Shown piece by piece: positions 29,520 to 38,363 of a stretch of 64,000 nucleotides of DNA. Under the pieces are notes generated by a model that saw only the letters and a program-made list of their open reading frames with translations, did no database searches and was not told the origin of the DNA. This stretch comes from a bacterium (GTDB lineage Bacteria > UBA8248). The stretch is from assembly GCA_965219955.1 (NCBI GenBank), contig OZ244799.1:1568001-1632000 (forward strand). Reading direction: 5' to 3'. The stretch's first letter is position 1, and every line of letters starts with the position of its first letter. Made by a program: the position numbers and the translations under genes.

Positions 29520-30368
29520 TTGAGCGATGCGAAGCCCGACGCGAAACTGAAAAAACTCGAACAAACCCTCAAAGAGATGGGGAGCGTTCTGGTAGCGTTC
29601 TCTGCGGGAGTGGACAGCACCTTTCTGGCCAAAGTGGCCCAAGAAACCCTGGGCTCAGGCGCGCTCGCCGTCACGGGGCGCTCCGTCACCCTGGCCGCAT
29701 CCGAACTCGAAGAATCGCACGTACTCGCAGCGCAAATCGGGATTCGCCACCTCATCGTGGACACCGACGAGATAGCGGACGAATCGTTCGGGAACAACCC
29801 GCCGAACCGCTGTTATTTCTGCAAGAACGAGCTCTATACCGTCCTGAGCCGCGTGGCGGCCCGGGAGAAGACGGCCGTCATCGTCGACGGCTCGAACGCC
29901 GACGACGTGGGCGACCATAGGCCCGGGATGCAGGCGGCGCGGGAGCTGGGCGTGCGAAGCCCGCTCATGGAAGTCGGGATGACGAAAGAGGACATCCGCA
30001 CCCTTTCCCAATCCTTCGGCCTCCCCACCTGGGACAAGCCGGCGCAGGCTTGCCTCTCGAGCCGCTTCCCTTACGGGGACCGCATCACGCCCGAGAAAAT
30101 CGCCCAGGTCGAAAAGGCGGAAAGCGGCTTGCGGGAGTTGGGCTTCCGCCAACTGCGGGTGCGCCACCACGGCGACGTCGCCAGAATCGAGGTGCCCACA
30201 GCCGACATCGCGCGGCTCGTTGACGAGGAGACCTCCAGGCAAGTGGTCGCCCGCATGAAAGAGGCCGGCTTCATCTACGTGACCATCGATCTCGAAGGTT
30301 TCCGCTCGGGAAGCATGAACGAAGTGCTCAAAACCGGGCGCGGCTCCGATCTCCTCATCCTCTCGTGA
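29520..30368 (+). CDS. larE: ATP-dependent sulfur transferase of nickel-pincer cofactor synthesis
   Basis: AFSAGVDS PP-loop; RCYFCK, RPG, ACLSSR and RVRHHG motifs. Confidence 0.92.
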   Translation: MSDAKPDAKLKKLEQTLKEMGSVLVAFSAGVDSTFLAKVAQETLGSGALAVTGRSVTLAASELEESHVLAAQIGIRHLIVDTDEIADESFGNNPPNRCYFCKNELYTVLSRVAAREKTAVIVDGSNADDVGDHRPGMQAARELGVRSPLMEVGMTKEDIRTLSQSFGLPTWDKPAQACLSSRFPYGDRITPEKIAQVEKAESGLRELGFRQLRVRHHGDVARIEVPTADIARLVDEETSRQVVARMKEAGFIYVTIDLEGFRSGSMNEVLKTGRGSDLLILS

Positions 30369-31123
30369 ACCCGAACCTCATCCTCGAACTCCTCGAGCAG
30401 GTGAAAGGGGGCCGTCTCGCGCCTGATGACGCCGCCGCGCGCCTTCGGGACCTGCCCTTCGAGGATCTGGGCCACACGCGGGTGGATCATCACCGCGCGC
30501 TCAGGAACGGATTTCCGGAAGTCGTCTTCGGCGCGGGAAAAACCAGGGAGCAGGTCGTCGAAATCGCAAAGAGCATGATGGCGAAAGACCAGACGGTCAT
30601 GGTCACCCACGCAGGCGCGGAGCAGGCCGAAGCCCTGCTGGAACTCTCACCCCGCGCGAAGCACCACGAAACCGCGCGCATCGTCGAAATCCCTTGCGAA
30701 AATCCGCCCGCTCCCGTCGGCTCCGTCGCGGTCGCTTGCGCGGGCACCTCCGACATGCCCGTCGCCGAGGAGGCGGCGGTGACCGCGCGGGTGCTGGGTT
30801 CCAACGTGACGCGCGTCTACGACGTGGGCGTGGCGGGCCTGCATCGCCTCCTGGCGGAAGTGGAGACCCTGCGCGGGGCGAACGCCGTCATCGCCGTGGC
30901 GGGCATGGAGGGCGCCCTGCCCTCGGTTGTCGCCGGTCTGGTGGCCTGCCCCGTCATCGCGGTGCCTACGTCTGTGGGCTACGGCGCGAACCTGGGCGGA
31001 CTGACGGCGCTTTTCGCCATGCTGAACTCGTGCGCTTCGGGCCTGAGCGTGGTGAACATCGACAACGGCTTCGGCGCGGCCTGCCAGGCGCACCTCATCA
31101 ACAGGCAAACGGCCGCTCCATGA
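30365..31123 (+). CDS. larB: Nickel-pincer cofactor carboxylase/hydrolase
   Basis: AGTSD, DVGVAGLHRL, AGMEGALPS, PTSVGYG and VNIDNGFGAA motifs. Confidence 0.93.
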   Translation: MNPNLILELLEQVKGGRLAPDDAAARLRDLPFEDLGHTRVDHHRALRNGFPEVVFGAGKTREQVVEIAKSMMAKDQTVMVTHAGAEQAEALLELSPRAKHHETARIVEIPCENPPAPVGSVAVACAGTSDMPVAEEAAVTARVLGSNVTRVYDVGVAGLHRLLAEVETLRGANAVIAVAGMEGALPSVVAGLVACPVIAVPTSVGYGANLGGLTALFAMLNSCASGLSVVNIDNGFGAACQAHLINRQTAAP

Positions 31124-32358
31124 AGACGCTCTATTTCGACTGCTTCGCGGGCGCTGCGGGTGACATGCTCGTGGGCGCTTTGATTGACGTCGGCCTCGAT
31201 TTCGCGGCCCTTGAAGCCGAGCTCGCGAAGCTGGAGATAGAGGGGTATTCGCTGTCTTCTGAACATGTTTTGAAACAAGGCGTTACGGCCCAAAAATTCA
31301 GGGTGAACATCACCCAAGAAACGCACCATCATCACCACGGAGAGGGGCACTCTCACGGCGCGCACCATCACGGCCGCTCCTACAGGCAGATCCGGGAAAT
31401 ACTCGAAAAAGCGCCGATTCCGGAGGCTCCCAAAGCTCGCGCCATCTCCGCGTTTCATCGCCTGGGCGTCGTGGAGGCGGGCATTCACGGGGTCTCACTC
31501 GACGAAATCCACTTCCACGAAGTCGGCGCGATTGATTCCATCATCGACGTCACGGGCTATTTCCTGGGTCTCCACCTGCTCGGCGTCGAGCGGGTGGCGG
31601 CCTCTCCCCTGCCGGTGGGGAGCGGGTTCGTGCAGTGCGCCCACGGTCGGATGCCGGTTCCCGCACCCGCGACGGCCAAGCTGCTCGAAGGCGCGCCCGT
31701 GGCCGAGAGCGACCTCGAGGGCGAGGTTCTGACGCCAACGGGGGCCTTGCTGCTCACCGAGAGCGCGGAATTTTTCGGCCCCGTGCCCGAGATGACCATC
31801 ACGCGGGTGGGCTACGGCGCGGGGGACAAGGACCAGCCGGACACCCCCAACGTCGTCCGCGCATTTCTGGGGGAAAGCGAGGCGAGCACAGAAAGCGATG
31901 GGCCGCCCACGACCATCGCCGTGCTCGAGGCCAACATCGACGACATGAGCCCCGAGCTTTTCCCCCACGTCATCGAAGAGGCGCTCAAGGCGGGCGCGCT
32001 CGATGCGTTCTCCATACCCGTAACGGGCAAGAAGGGCAGGCCCGGGCAACTGCTTACCATCCTGAGTCCTCTAGAGAATCAAGACGCCTTGACCCGCTTC
32101 CTGTTCCGCGAAACGTCGACCCTGGGCGTCCGCCGCCGCACCACGGGGCGCGCGGTGGCCGAGCGCGAATGGATGGAAGTCGACCTCGCCTGGGGCAAGG
32201 TGCGCGTCAAGCGAGGAACCTTCGAGGGCGCGCTCACGAACCTCGCGCCCGAATACGAGGATTGCAAGCGCCTGGCGGCGGAATGCGGGGTTCCCCTGAA
32301 AGAGGTGGTCGAGGCGGCCCTGGCGCGCGCGAGGGAATCAGCGGGGAGCGGATCGTGA
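31120..32358 (+). CDS. larC: Nickel insertase
   Basis: YFDCFAGAAGDM, His-rich segment, HFHEVGAIDSI, TPTGA, NIDD and PEYED motifs. Confidence 0.93.
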   Translation: MKTLYFDCFAGAAGDMLVGALIDVGLDFAALEAELAKLEIEGYSLSSEHVLKQGVTAQKFRVNITQETHHHHHGEGHSHGAHHHGRSYRQIREILEKAPIPEAPKARAISAFHRLGVVEAGIHGVSLDEIHFHEVGAIDSIIDVTGYFLGLHLLGVERVAASPLPVGSGFVQCAHGRMPVPAPATAKLLEGAPVAESDLEGEVLTPTGALLLTESAEFFGPVPEMTITRVGYGAGDKDQPDTPNVVRAFLGESEASTESDGPPTTIAVLEANIDDMSPELFPHVIEEALKAGALDAFSIPVTGKKGRPGQLLTILSPLENQDALTRFLFRETSTLGVRRRTTGRAVAEREWMEVDLAWGKVRVKRGTFEGALTNLAPEYEDCKRLAAECGVPLKEVVEAALARARESAGSGS

Positions 32359-32427
32359 AGATACGCATGAACGGATGATGCGTGAGGCGCGGCGCAGCCC
32401 CGGGCAGAAAGAAGCGAGAGGCTACCC

Positions 32428-32670
32428 ATGAAGATCCGCATCAAATTGTTCGCCGATTTTGCGGAGAAGATGCCCGCCGAACAGGACGCGGAGGGCACCG
32501 CCGAAATCACGCTGCCCGAGGGCGCGAGCGTATACGACGTGCTCGACCGCTTCGAGATTCCGTATGAAGAAGCCTATATCGTTCTGCTCGACGGCCGCCA
32601 CGCCAAGAAATCCGTCGTGATACCCGCAGGGTCTGAACTTTGCGTGTTCCCGCCCATCGTGGGGGGATGA
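32428..32670 (+). CDS. MoaD/ThiS family ubiquitin-like sulfur carrier
   Basis: 80 aa beta-grasp protein, MKIRIKLFA...FPPIVGG with C-terminal GG. Confidence 0.85.
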   Translation: MKIRIKLFADFAEKMPAEQDAEGTAEITLPEGASVYDVLDRFEIPYEEAYIVLLDGRHAKKSVVIPAGSELCVFPPIVGG

Positions 32671-32814
32671 GGGTTCCCTGCTCAGAACAGGCACAGGGGG
32701 CTACCTACCATCACCCTGGAAATGCCCAACCGGAGAGAACCGGGCGCAAAATACTTTTAGTGATTTCTTCGATTTGGCATCGTAACTATCTGATAATATA
32801 CAGAATAAATATAT

Positions 32815-33273
32815 CTATTCCTTTTCCTTTCTCACCACCATGATGGTGACGTCGCCCTCGTGGATGCGCTCACCGTGCTGATTCAGGAGCTTAAGGGCGA
32901 GCGTCACAATCCCCTGTCCCTTGCTGGAGATGCGCCTCGACTTCACGACGACCTCGCCGGAAATCGTATCGCCGAAGCGAATCGGGCCGCGAAAACGCCA
33001 CTCCACACCCAGGAACGCCTCCACCGTCCCCTCGACGATGCCGAGCCTCGTCACCAGACCCATGAGAAAGGAAAGCCCGAGCAGCCCGTGGCCCACCCTT
33101 TCCCCGAAAGGCGTCCTGGCCGAAGCTTCCGCATCGGTGTGCAGATAGGTGTAATCGCCCGTCAGGGCCGAGAAGGCGTTGACGTCGGACTCTCCTATCG
33201 TGCGCGCGGCGGTCTTCCACGCCCTGCCCTCTTCGAATTCCTCATAAAACAAACCCGTAGCCTCGTATTCCAA
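32815..33273 (-). CDS. MaoC family dehydratase
   Basis: FSALTGD..LH.D, GHGLL and FRGPIRFGDT motifs; TTG start with GAGGAG RBS. Confidence 0.85.
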   Translation of the reverse strand: MEYEATGLFYEEFEEGRAWKTAARTIGESDVNAFSALTGDYTYLHTDAEASARTPFGERVGHGLLGLSFLMGLVTRLGIVEGTVEAFLGVEWRFRGPIRFGDTISGEVVVKSRRISSKGQGIVTLALKLLNQHGERIHEGDVTIMVVRKEKE

Positions 33274-33284
33274 AACAACACTCC

Positions 33285-34124
33285 TCAGCGTAAAAGAAAA
33301 CGGAAGGTGATCTCGCCCCACTGCTCCTTGTCTTCGGCGCCCGGGAGAAGTGGACTGAAGCGCCAGCGCTTCAGGTGGTTCGAGGCGAGGCCTTCGAGGT
33401 AGGCGCTCGCTTTTCTGGTCGGTATGACGCGGCCGACCGTGCCGTCGGGCAACACCCAGAACTTGAGCACGATCTCCGTTGTGCTTTCGAGCCTCTCGAG
33501 CTTCGGGGGTTTCGGCTGAAACAGGATTCTTCGCCTTGCCGCAGGCCCCGCGATGTTAATTCGCCTCTTCTCCCCCGAAGAGCGGGGGAAGCTCAGGCGC
33601 GATAATTGCTCCAGCATTTTCCGGTCCGTTTCGGAGACCGGCAATGCTATTTTTTTTCTGCGCTTCAAACCCCTCGACTCTCCCGCTTTTTCCTGTATCG
33701 GCAAAACGATATCCTCCAGCGCCCCGTCCGCCTGCAAAGCGCCCATCGAGGGTATCCCGCCAGGTGGGAGCACCGGCTTCGGCATATCCAACGCGGGGGC
33801 GTCGGGCAGCGGCTTGCTCTCGGGCAAAGTCCCCGGATCCGGCGCTTCGAGCTTCGTTTTCGCGTCCAGATTCAGGTTCCGCTCCGCCGTCACTTCTTTT
33901 TGAAGCATACGGCTCAAATCCAGTGGTTTCGGCAAAGGGACTTCGGGCAGGACTTTCGGAAGCAGCGCTTCGGGGATGGGAACCTCACGGCGCACAAGGT
34001 CGACTTCCATTCTTTCGGGTTGACCGGCGAATATCGTCGGCAGTTTGACGGCAGGGCCGAGCAGAATCAATCCCGTATGAAGGGCGATGGAAACCAGGAT
34101 CGTCAGGACAAGTGAAAAGCTCAT
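33285..34124 (-). CDS. TonB-like energy transducer
   Basis: N-terminal TM SIALH, Pro-rich spacer, C-terminal VLPDG.V...WRF.P domain. Confidence 0.8.
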   Translation of the reverse strand: MSFSLVLTILVSIALHTGLILLGPAVKLPTIFAGQPERMEVDLVRREVPIPEALLPKVLPEVPLPKPLDLSRMLQKEVTAERNLNLDAKTKLEAPDPGTLPESKPLPDAPALDMPKPVLPPGGIPSMGALQADGALEDIVLPIQEKAGESRGLKRRKKIALPVSETDRKMLEQLSRLSFPRSSGEKRRINIAGPAARRRILFQPKPPKLERLESTTEIVLKFWVLPDGTVGRVIPTRKASAYLEGLASNHLKRWRFSPLLPGAEDKEQWGEITFRFLLR

Positions 34125-34160
34125 GGTATTTTGAGCTTGCCTCCTTCGGGGCTATTTCGT

Positions 34161-34577
34161 CTACTTTTTCTGCACCCGCTTCGTCGGCGCCGTCGCGATC
34201 GACATGCGAAGGGCGCCCGCCTGTTTGGCGATATCCATCACCTGCACCACGAGACCATGCGGCACGCCCTTGTCCGCCCGAATGATCATCAGGCCCTCCG
34301 GCTGCACTTTCAGCTCTTCAATCAACCGGCCCCAGAGCGATTTCAGGGGCACCTGATCGTTGTTCAAAAACACCCTTTCATCGCGCGAGATGATGAGGAT
34401 CAAATCCTTGCGGACGGGGTGTTCCTGCGTGACGGTCCGCGGCAACTCCACCTTGACGCCCGGCTGCAGGACGAATGAAGAGCTCAGGACAAAGAACAGG
34501 AGCAGCAGGAAGATGATGTCGATCATGGCCGTCATGCCGGGTTCGGCCCGCACGCGCCTGATGTCTCGAAATTTCAT
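34161..34577 (-). CDS. exbD: ExbD/TolR family protein
   Basis: MIDIIFLLLLFF, IRAD and VMD motifs. Confidence 0.9.
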   Translation of the reverse strand: MKFRDIRRVRAEPGMTAMIDIIFLLLLFFVLSSSFVLQPGVKVELPRTVTQEHPVRKDLILIISRDERVFLNNDQVPLKSLWGRLIEELKVQPEGLMIIRADKGVPHGLVVQVMDIAKQAGALRMSIATAPTKRVQKK

Positions 34578-34584
34578 CGCCCGC

Positions 34585-35184
34585 TCACCGCTTCAGGGTC
34601 TCGACGACCCGGTAAGAATGTTTTTCGATTTCCAGGATGAGGCGGTCCGCCTTATTGGTGAAATAGTTGTAAAAAATGAGCGTGGGTATCGCGATGACGA
34701 GTCCGGTCGCCGTCGTGATGAGGGCCTCGCTGATGCCGCCGGCAAGTTGGCTGGGATGAGCGATTCCCTTCTCGCTGATGATGGCGAAGGTGCGAATCAT
34801 GCCGAAAACCGTACCGGTGAGGCCCAGCAATGGCGCTATGGCGGCAATCGTCCCCAGGGCGCCCAGATTCTTGTCGAGCGTAGTGACCTCCTGCCTGCCC
34901 GCATCCTCCACGACAGAGCGGAGTTCTTCCCGGTTTCTATCGTGATTGGCTATCGTCACGAGCAGTATCCTGCCCATGACGGATGGATAGCGCCGACAAA
35001 GCGTCATGGCGTCAGAAACCTGGTTCTCCGCAACCAGATCCCTGACCTGCTGCAAAATATCGAGTTGAATGATTTTCTGGGTGCGTAGATTCAGGGTCCG
35101 CTCCAGAACAATGGCCAAAGCCAAGATGGAGCAAACACCCAACGGAATCATCAACACCCCGCCTCTGGCCAAAAATTCGAACAT
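34585..35184 (-). CDS. exbB: MotA/TolQ/ExbB proton channel
   Basis: APLLGLTGTVFGMI and GISEALITTATGL motifs. Confidence 0.9.
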   Translation of the reverse strand: MFEFLARGGVLMIPLGVCSILALAIVLERTLNLRTQKIIQLDILQQVRDLVAENQVSDAMTLCRRYPSVMGRILLVTIANHDRNREELRSVVEDAGRQEVTTLDKNLGALGTIAAIAPLLGLTGTVFGMIRTFAIISEKGIAHPSQLAGGISEALITTATGLVIAIPTLIFYNYFTNKADRLILEIEKHSYRVVETLKR

Positions 35185-35221
35185 CAATATGTCCCTTTGA
35201 ATGAATGGGAGTTTTCCATTT

Positions 35222-38200
35222 TCATCGACGCGCACGCTTCTCGATTTGTTTCGTTATTCGCCTGATGGCGATCCGGGCCTTTCGCTTAAACGCGGGAATT
35301 TCAACTACTTTTCTCATCTTCCGGTAAATCCGGAGGGCGAGCGTGCGTTTGCCCGCTCTTTCATACAACCCACCGGCTCGATCATATGCCCGCGCTACCC
35401 ACATTTTCTGATCCGGGTATCGATAGGTCAACTTCAAGTATTCAGCCGCTGCTCCCGGACCCCTGCGCTCAGAAGAAATCCGCGCATGCGCGAAAAACGC
35501 CTCCGCCGCCAGCTCCCGCGCTCCAAACTCGACCACCATGCCCAGCGCGCGCTGCGCATCGGCGTATTTTTTCCGCTTCCTGTACAGTTCGGCCGCCAGG
35601 AGCGCGGATTGGCTCCGCAAGTCCAAGCCTGCGAATTCATTGTTCATGACCACCACAAAGTGAGAGAGCGCCGCACCATTTTCGACCAACCGAACCAGGC
35701 AGCGCCCCAAGGCGAACCGAGCCAGCATTTCATAGTCATGGCCCGGAAAAATCTCCAGGAATTCCGTAAGCTTCTGTTTCGCCTCTGCGCACCGTCCAAT
35801 GCCGGCCAGGGTTTCCCCGACGCCGAAAAGCCCATCCGCGCGAAAGCCGCCTTCCGGATACCGGGTCAACAAAGTCTCGTATGAATCAAGGGCTTTGTCG
35901 ATATCTTTTTTGCTCCGATGGATGCCCGCCATCCTTAAGAGGGCATGAGCGGCCAGGTCGTTGCCCGGATATTGCGCGATGACATCCTGATACGCTTTCA
36001 GGGCATCCCCCGTGTTCCCCTGCGTGAGCAAAACCTCGCCGATCTGAAAAGCCAGGGAAATGCTCAGGTTGCTCTCCGGATAGCTCTCAACATACGTACG
36101 CGCGCCTGAGAGGAACTTCGCATACTCCCCGAGCTGGAGGTGGGTGAGCAAACGCCCATAGACGGCTTCGGAGAACTTGGGGTGCTCGGGATACCCGTTC
36201 ATCATGAGGCGATATAACCGGTTCGCCTCCCTGTAGCTCCCCTGGTTGTACGATGCGTCGGCCTGGCGCAAATACGCATCGCCAGCCCGGGCGGATTCTT
36301 TATGCGCTTCGCGAAATTCAAGAAGTTTCCTGCCTGCCAGGGCGTAATCGCCCTTCCGGAAAGGAATCAGCGCCAGTATGTATTCTACCTCGGCCACCGC
36401 TTTGCTTTTCGGGTAGCGCTTCAAAAAATCATGAAAGTTCTTCTCCGCCGCATCGAAACGGCTGCGCCTGAACAGCAATTTCGCCTTCTGAAACAACGCT
36501 TCCTTGGCGACATCGCTTCCCCTGTATTTCTCCTCTATTCTTTCGAAAGACTGCAAAGCGCCGTCGTAGTTCCTGAGGTTGAAGCGAGCCTCACCCGCGC
36601 GAGCGAGAGCTTCCGCCGCCAGGGCGCCCCCCGGTTTATGCTCGAATACGCGGTCGAAGGCGACCGCCGCTTCTTTCCAGTTCTTCTTCCGGTACTGAAT
36701 CCACGCAAGACCTCCCAAGGCGCGGTAATACTCGGGCGACCGCCCGGGAACCGCCCGGAAAGCGCGAGCGGACTCATCCAGATCCCCCAATTCGAAGGCC
36801 GCCTCCCCATACCACAACATCCCCAGGCCATCCGGCGATATCGTGGGGCCTCTGCCCGGCAGGAAAGCCCAATGCTTCAGGACATCCAAAGCGCCTTTGA
36901 AATCCCGGAGCCTGAATGCGGCAAAGGCCGTCGCCATCGCCGCAGAACGGGCAGCATCCTGCTCCGCAAGACGAGCAGCCGAAACCGGCGGGTAATCAGC
37001 GCCCAGGCGCAGGATCCCGTAGGCGCGCTTCACTTTGTCCAGGTGGTATTGAGAGAGGCCTTCCACGATTCTCGCGATGCGATAGATTCTGCCGAGCGGG
37101 AACTCATCGCTTACCTTTCCCGCCAGAACGGACGCTTCTTCATGCACTCCGATTCGGAACAGCTTCCAGGCCAATTGCAGGCGCAAAGCGGCGGCGAACG
37201 TTTTTCGGCGATTGGCGCGAGAAAATCCCGAAAGGCGGGCTCTCAACGCCTTCAACCCTTTCCGGGATTTCCGGATCGACTCGATTTCAGCGGAAAGCAA
37301 ACCCGCGTGCACGAAAACCCCGAGGAGATGCTTCGGGTGATCGCGCATGAAAAGCGAAAAAGCGCGCTTTGCCTCCTCGACCCGGCCCAGGAACAATCGC
37401 GTCCAACCGATGCCGTACAGCGCTTCTCCCCGAAGCGCCTCGCCAGGCTTGTCTTTGCCTGCGGCGAGCGCTTCGGCGGCCGCATAGCGTTTTTCCGCCC
37501 GGGCATAATTTCCTCTCCGGAGATGGGTATGCCCGAGCGCCACAAGGGCCTGAAACGCGAGACGCCCCTTCGCGTTCGCGAGCATCGTCCAGGTCCCGAC
37601 CGCCTCATCGGGGGAGCCCGCTTTCGCCTGCACCCAGCCTTTCAGGAAAATCGCCTCTTCATAGGCGAAGCTTCCTTTTTCCCACGATCCCCCCTCCAGC
37701 AGACCGAGACACCCCTCGTAGTCACGCGCCTCGCAACGCTCTTGCGCCAGGGCGTATCTTGCGGCGGCCGCATAGTGCCGACCGTCAGCCAGCAGCAGGC
37801 TCGACAACCTCTCTCTTCTGACCCTCGCCTCCTGAGGTTTTCTTAAATCCAGAAGCGTCTCTCCCGCCCAGAAGAGCGCCGCCGCGCGCCAGAAATGAAG
37901 CTTCGTTTTATTCGCCAATCCATCGAAAAGAGCGAGCGCCTCTACGGGCGAGCCCTTGCGCAGATAGGCGTACGCCGTGTTGAAATGTTCACTCTCGCTG
38001 ACAAAATCATCCGACGAACTCCCGAAGTACAGCGTCAAATCCTGGTCCGGTTTTTTCTCGACCGGTATCGGGCGGGCGGGCAGGCGAATCGATGGAGGTT
38101 CAAGCTTTATGAATACGGGGGGAAGGCGAACGCCCAACCGCTTGGGAGGGACGGGGCGCACGCGAGCCGCGATGAGATGCTCGATACTGGGCGACTCGAT

Positions 38201-38356
38201 CACGACTTCGGGCAAGGCGACAGACAGCTGCTTCCCCTTGCCGTCGTTTTGATCCTGGGCCCATGCGGAGCCTGCCGCTCCCAGACAGCCACTGCATATG
38301 ACCGCCAGGCCGAGGAGAAGCCTGCAACCGAGATGATACGCCGCGTATCCAGTCAT
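35222..38356 (-). CDS. Large secreted tetratricopeptide repeat protein
   Basis: Signal peptide (AWA-Q) and many BamD/CpoB-like TPRs (..YP.S..A..A). Confidence 0.8.
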   Translation of the reverse strand: MTGYAAYHLGCRLLLGLAVICSGCLGAAGSAWAQDQNDGKGKQLSVALPEVVIESPSIEHLIAARVRPVPPKRLGVRLPPVFIKLEPPSIRLPARPIPVEKKPDQDLTLYFGSSSDDFVSESEHFNTAYAYLRKGSPVEALALFDGLANKTKLHFWRAAALFWAGETLLDLRKPQEARVRRERLSSLLLADGRHYAAAARYALAQERCEARDYEGCLGLLEGGSWEKGSFAYEEAIFLKGWVQAKAGSPDEAVGTWTMLANAKGRLAFQALVALGHTHLRRGNYARAEKRYAAAEALAAGKDKPGEALRGEALYGIGWTRLFLGRVEEAKRAFSLFMRDHPKHLLGVFVHAGLLSAEIESIRKSRKGLKALRARLSGFSRANRRKTFAAALRLQLAWKLFRIGVHEEASVLAGKVSDEFPLGRIYRIARIVEGLSQYHLDKVKRAYGILRLGADYPPVSAARLAEQDAARSAAMATAFAAFRLRDFKGALDVLKHWAFLPGRGPTISPDGLGMLWYGEAAFELGDLDESARAFRAVPGRSPEYYRALGGLAWIQYRKKNWKEAAVAFDRVFEHKPGGALAAEALARAGEARFNLRNYDGALQSFERIEEKYRGSDVAKEALFQKAKLLFRRSRFDAAEKNFHDFLKRYPKSKAVAEVEYILALIPFRKGDYALAGRKLLEFREAHKESARAGDAYLRQADASYNQGSYREANRLYRLMMNGYPEHPKFSEAVYGRLLTHLQLGEYAKFLSGARTYVESYPESNLSISLAFQIGEVLLTQGNTGDALKAYQDVIAQYPGNDLAAHALLRMAGIHRSKKDIDKALDSYETLLTRYPEGGFRADGLFGVGETLAGIGRCAEAKQKLTEFLEIFPGHDYEMLARFALGRCLVRLVENGAALSHFVVVMNNEFAGLDLRSQSALLAAELYRKRKKYADAQRALGMVVEFGARELAAEAFFAHARISSERRGPGAAAEYLKLTYRYPDQKMWVARAYDRAGGLYERAGKRTLALRIYRKMRKVVEIPAFKRKARIAIRRITKQIEKRARR

Positions 38357-38363
38357 ACATCCC

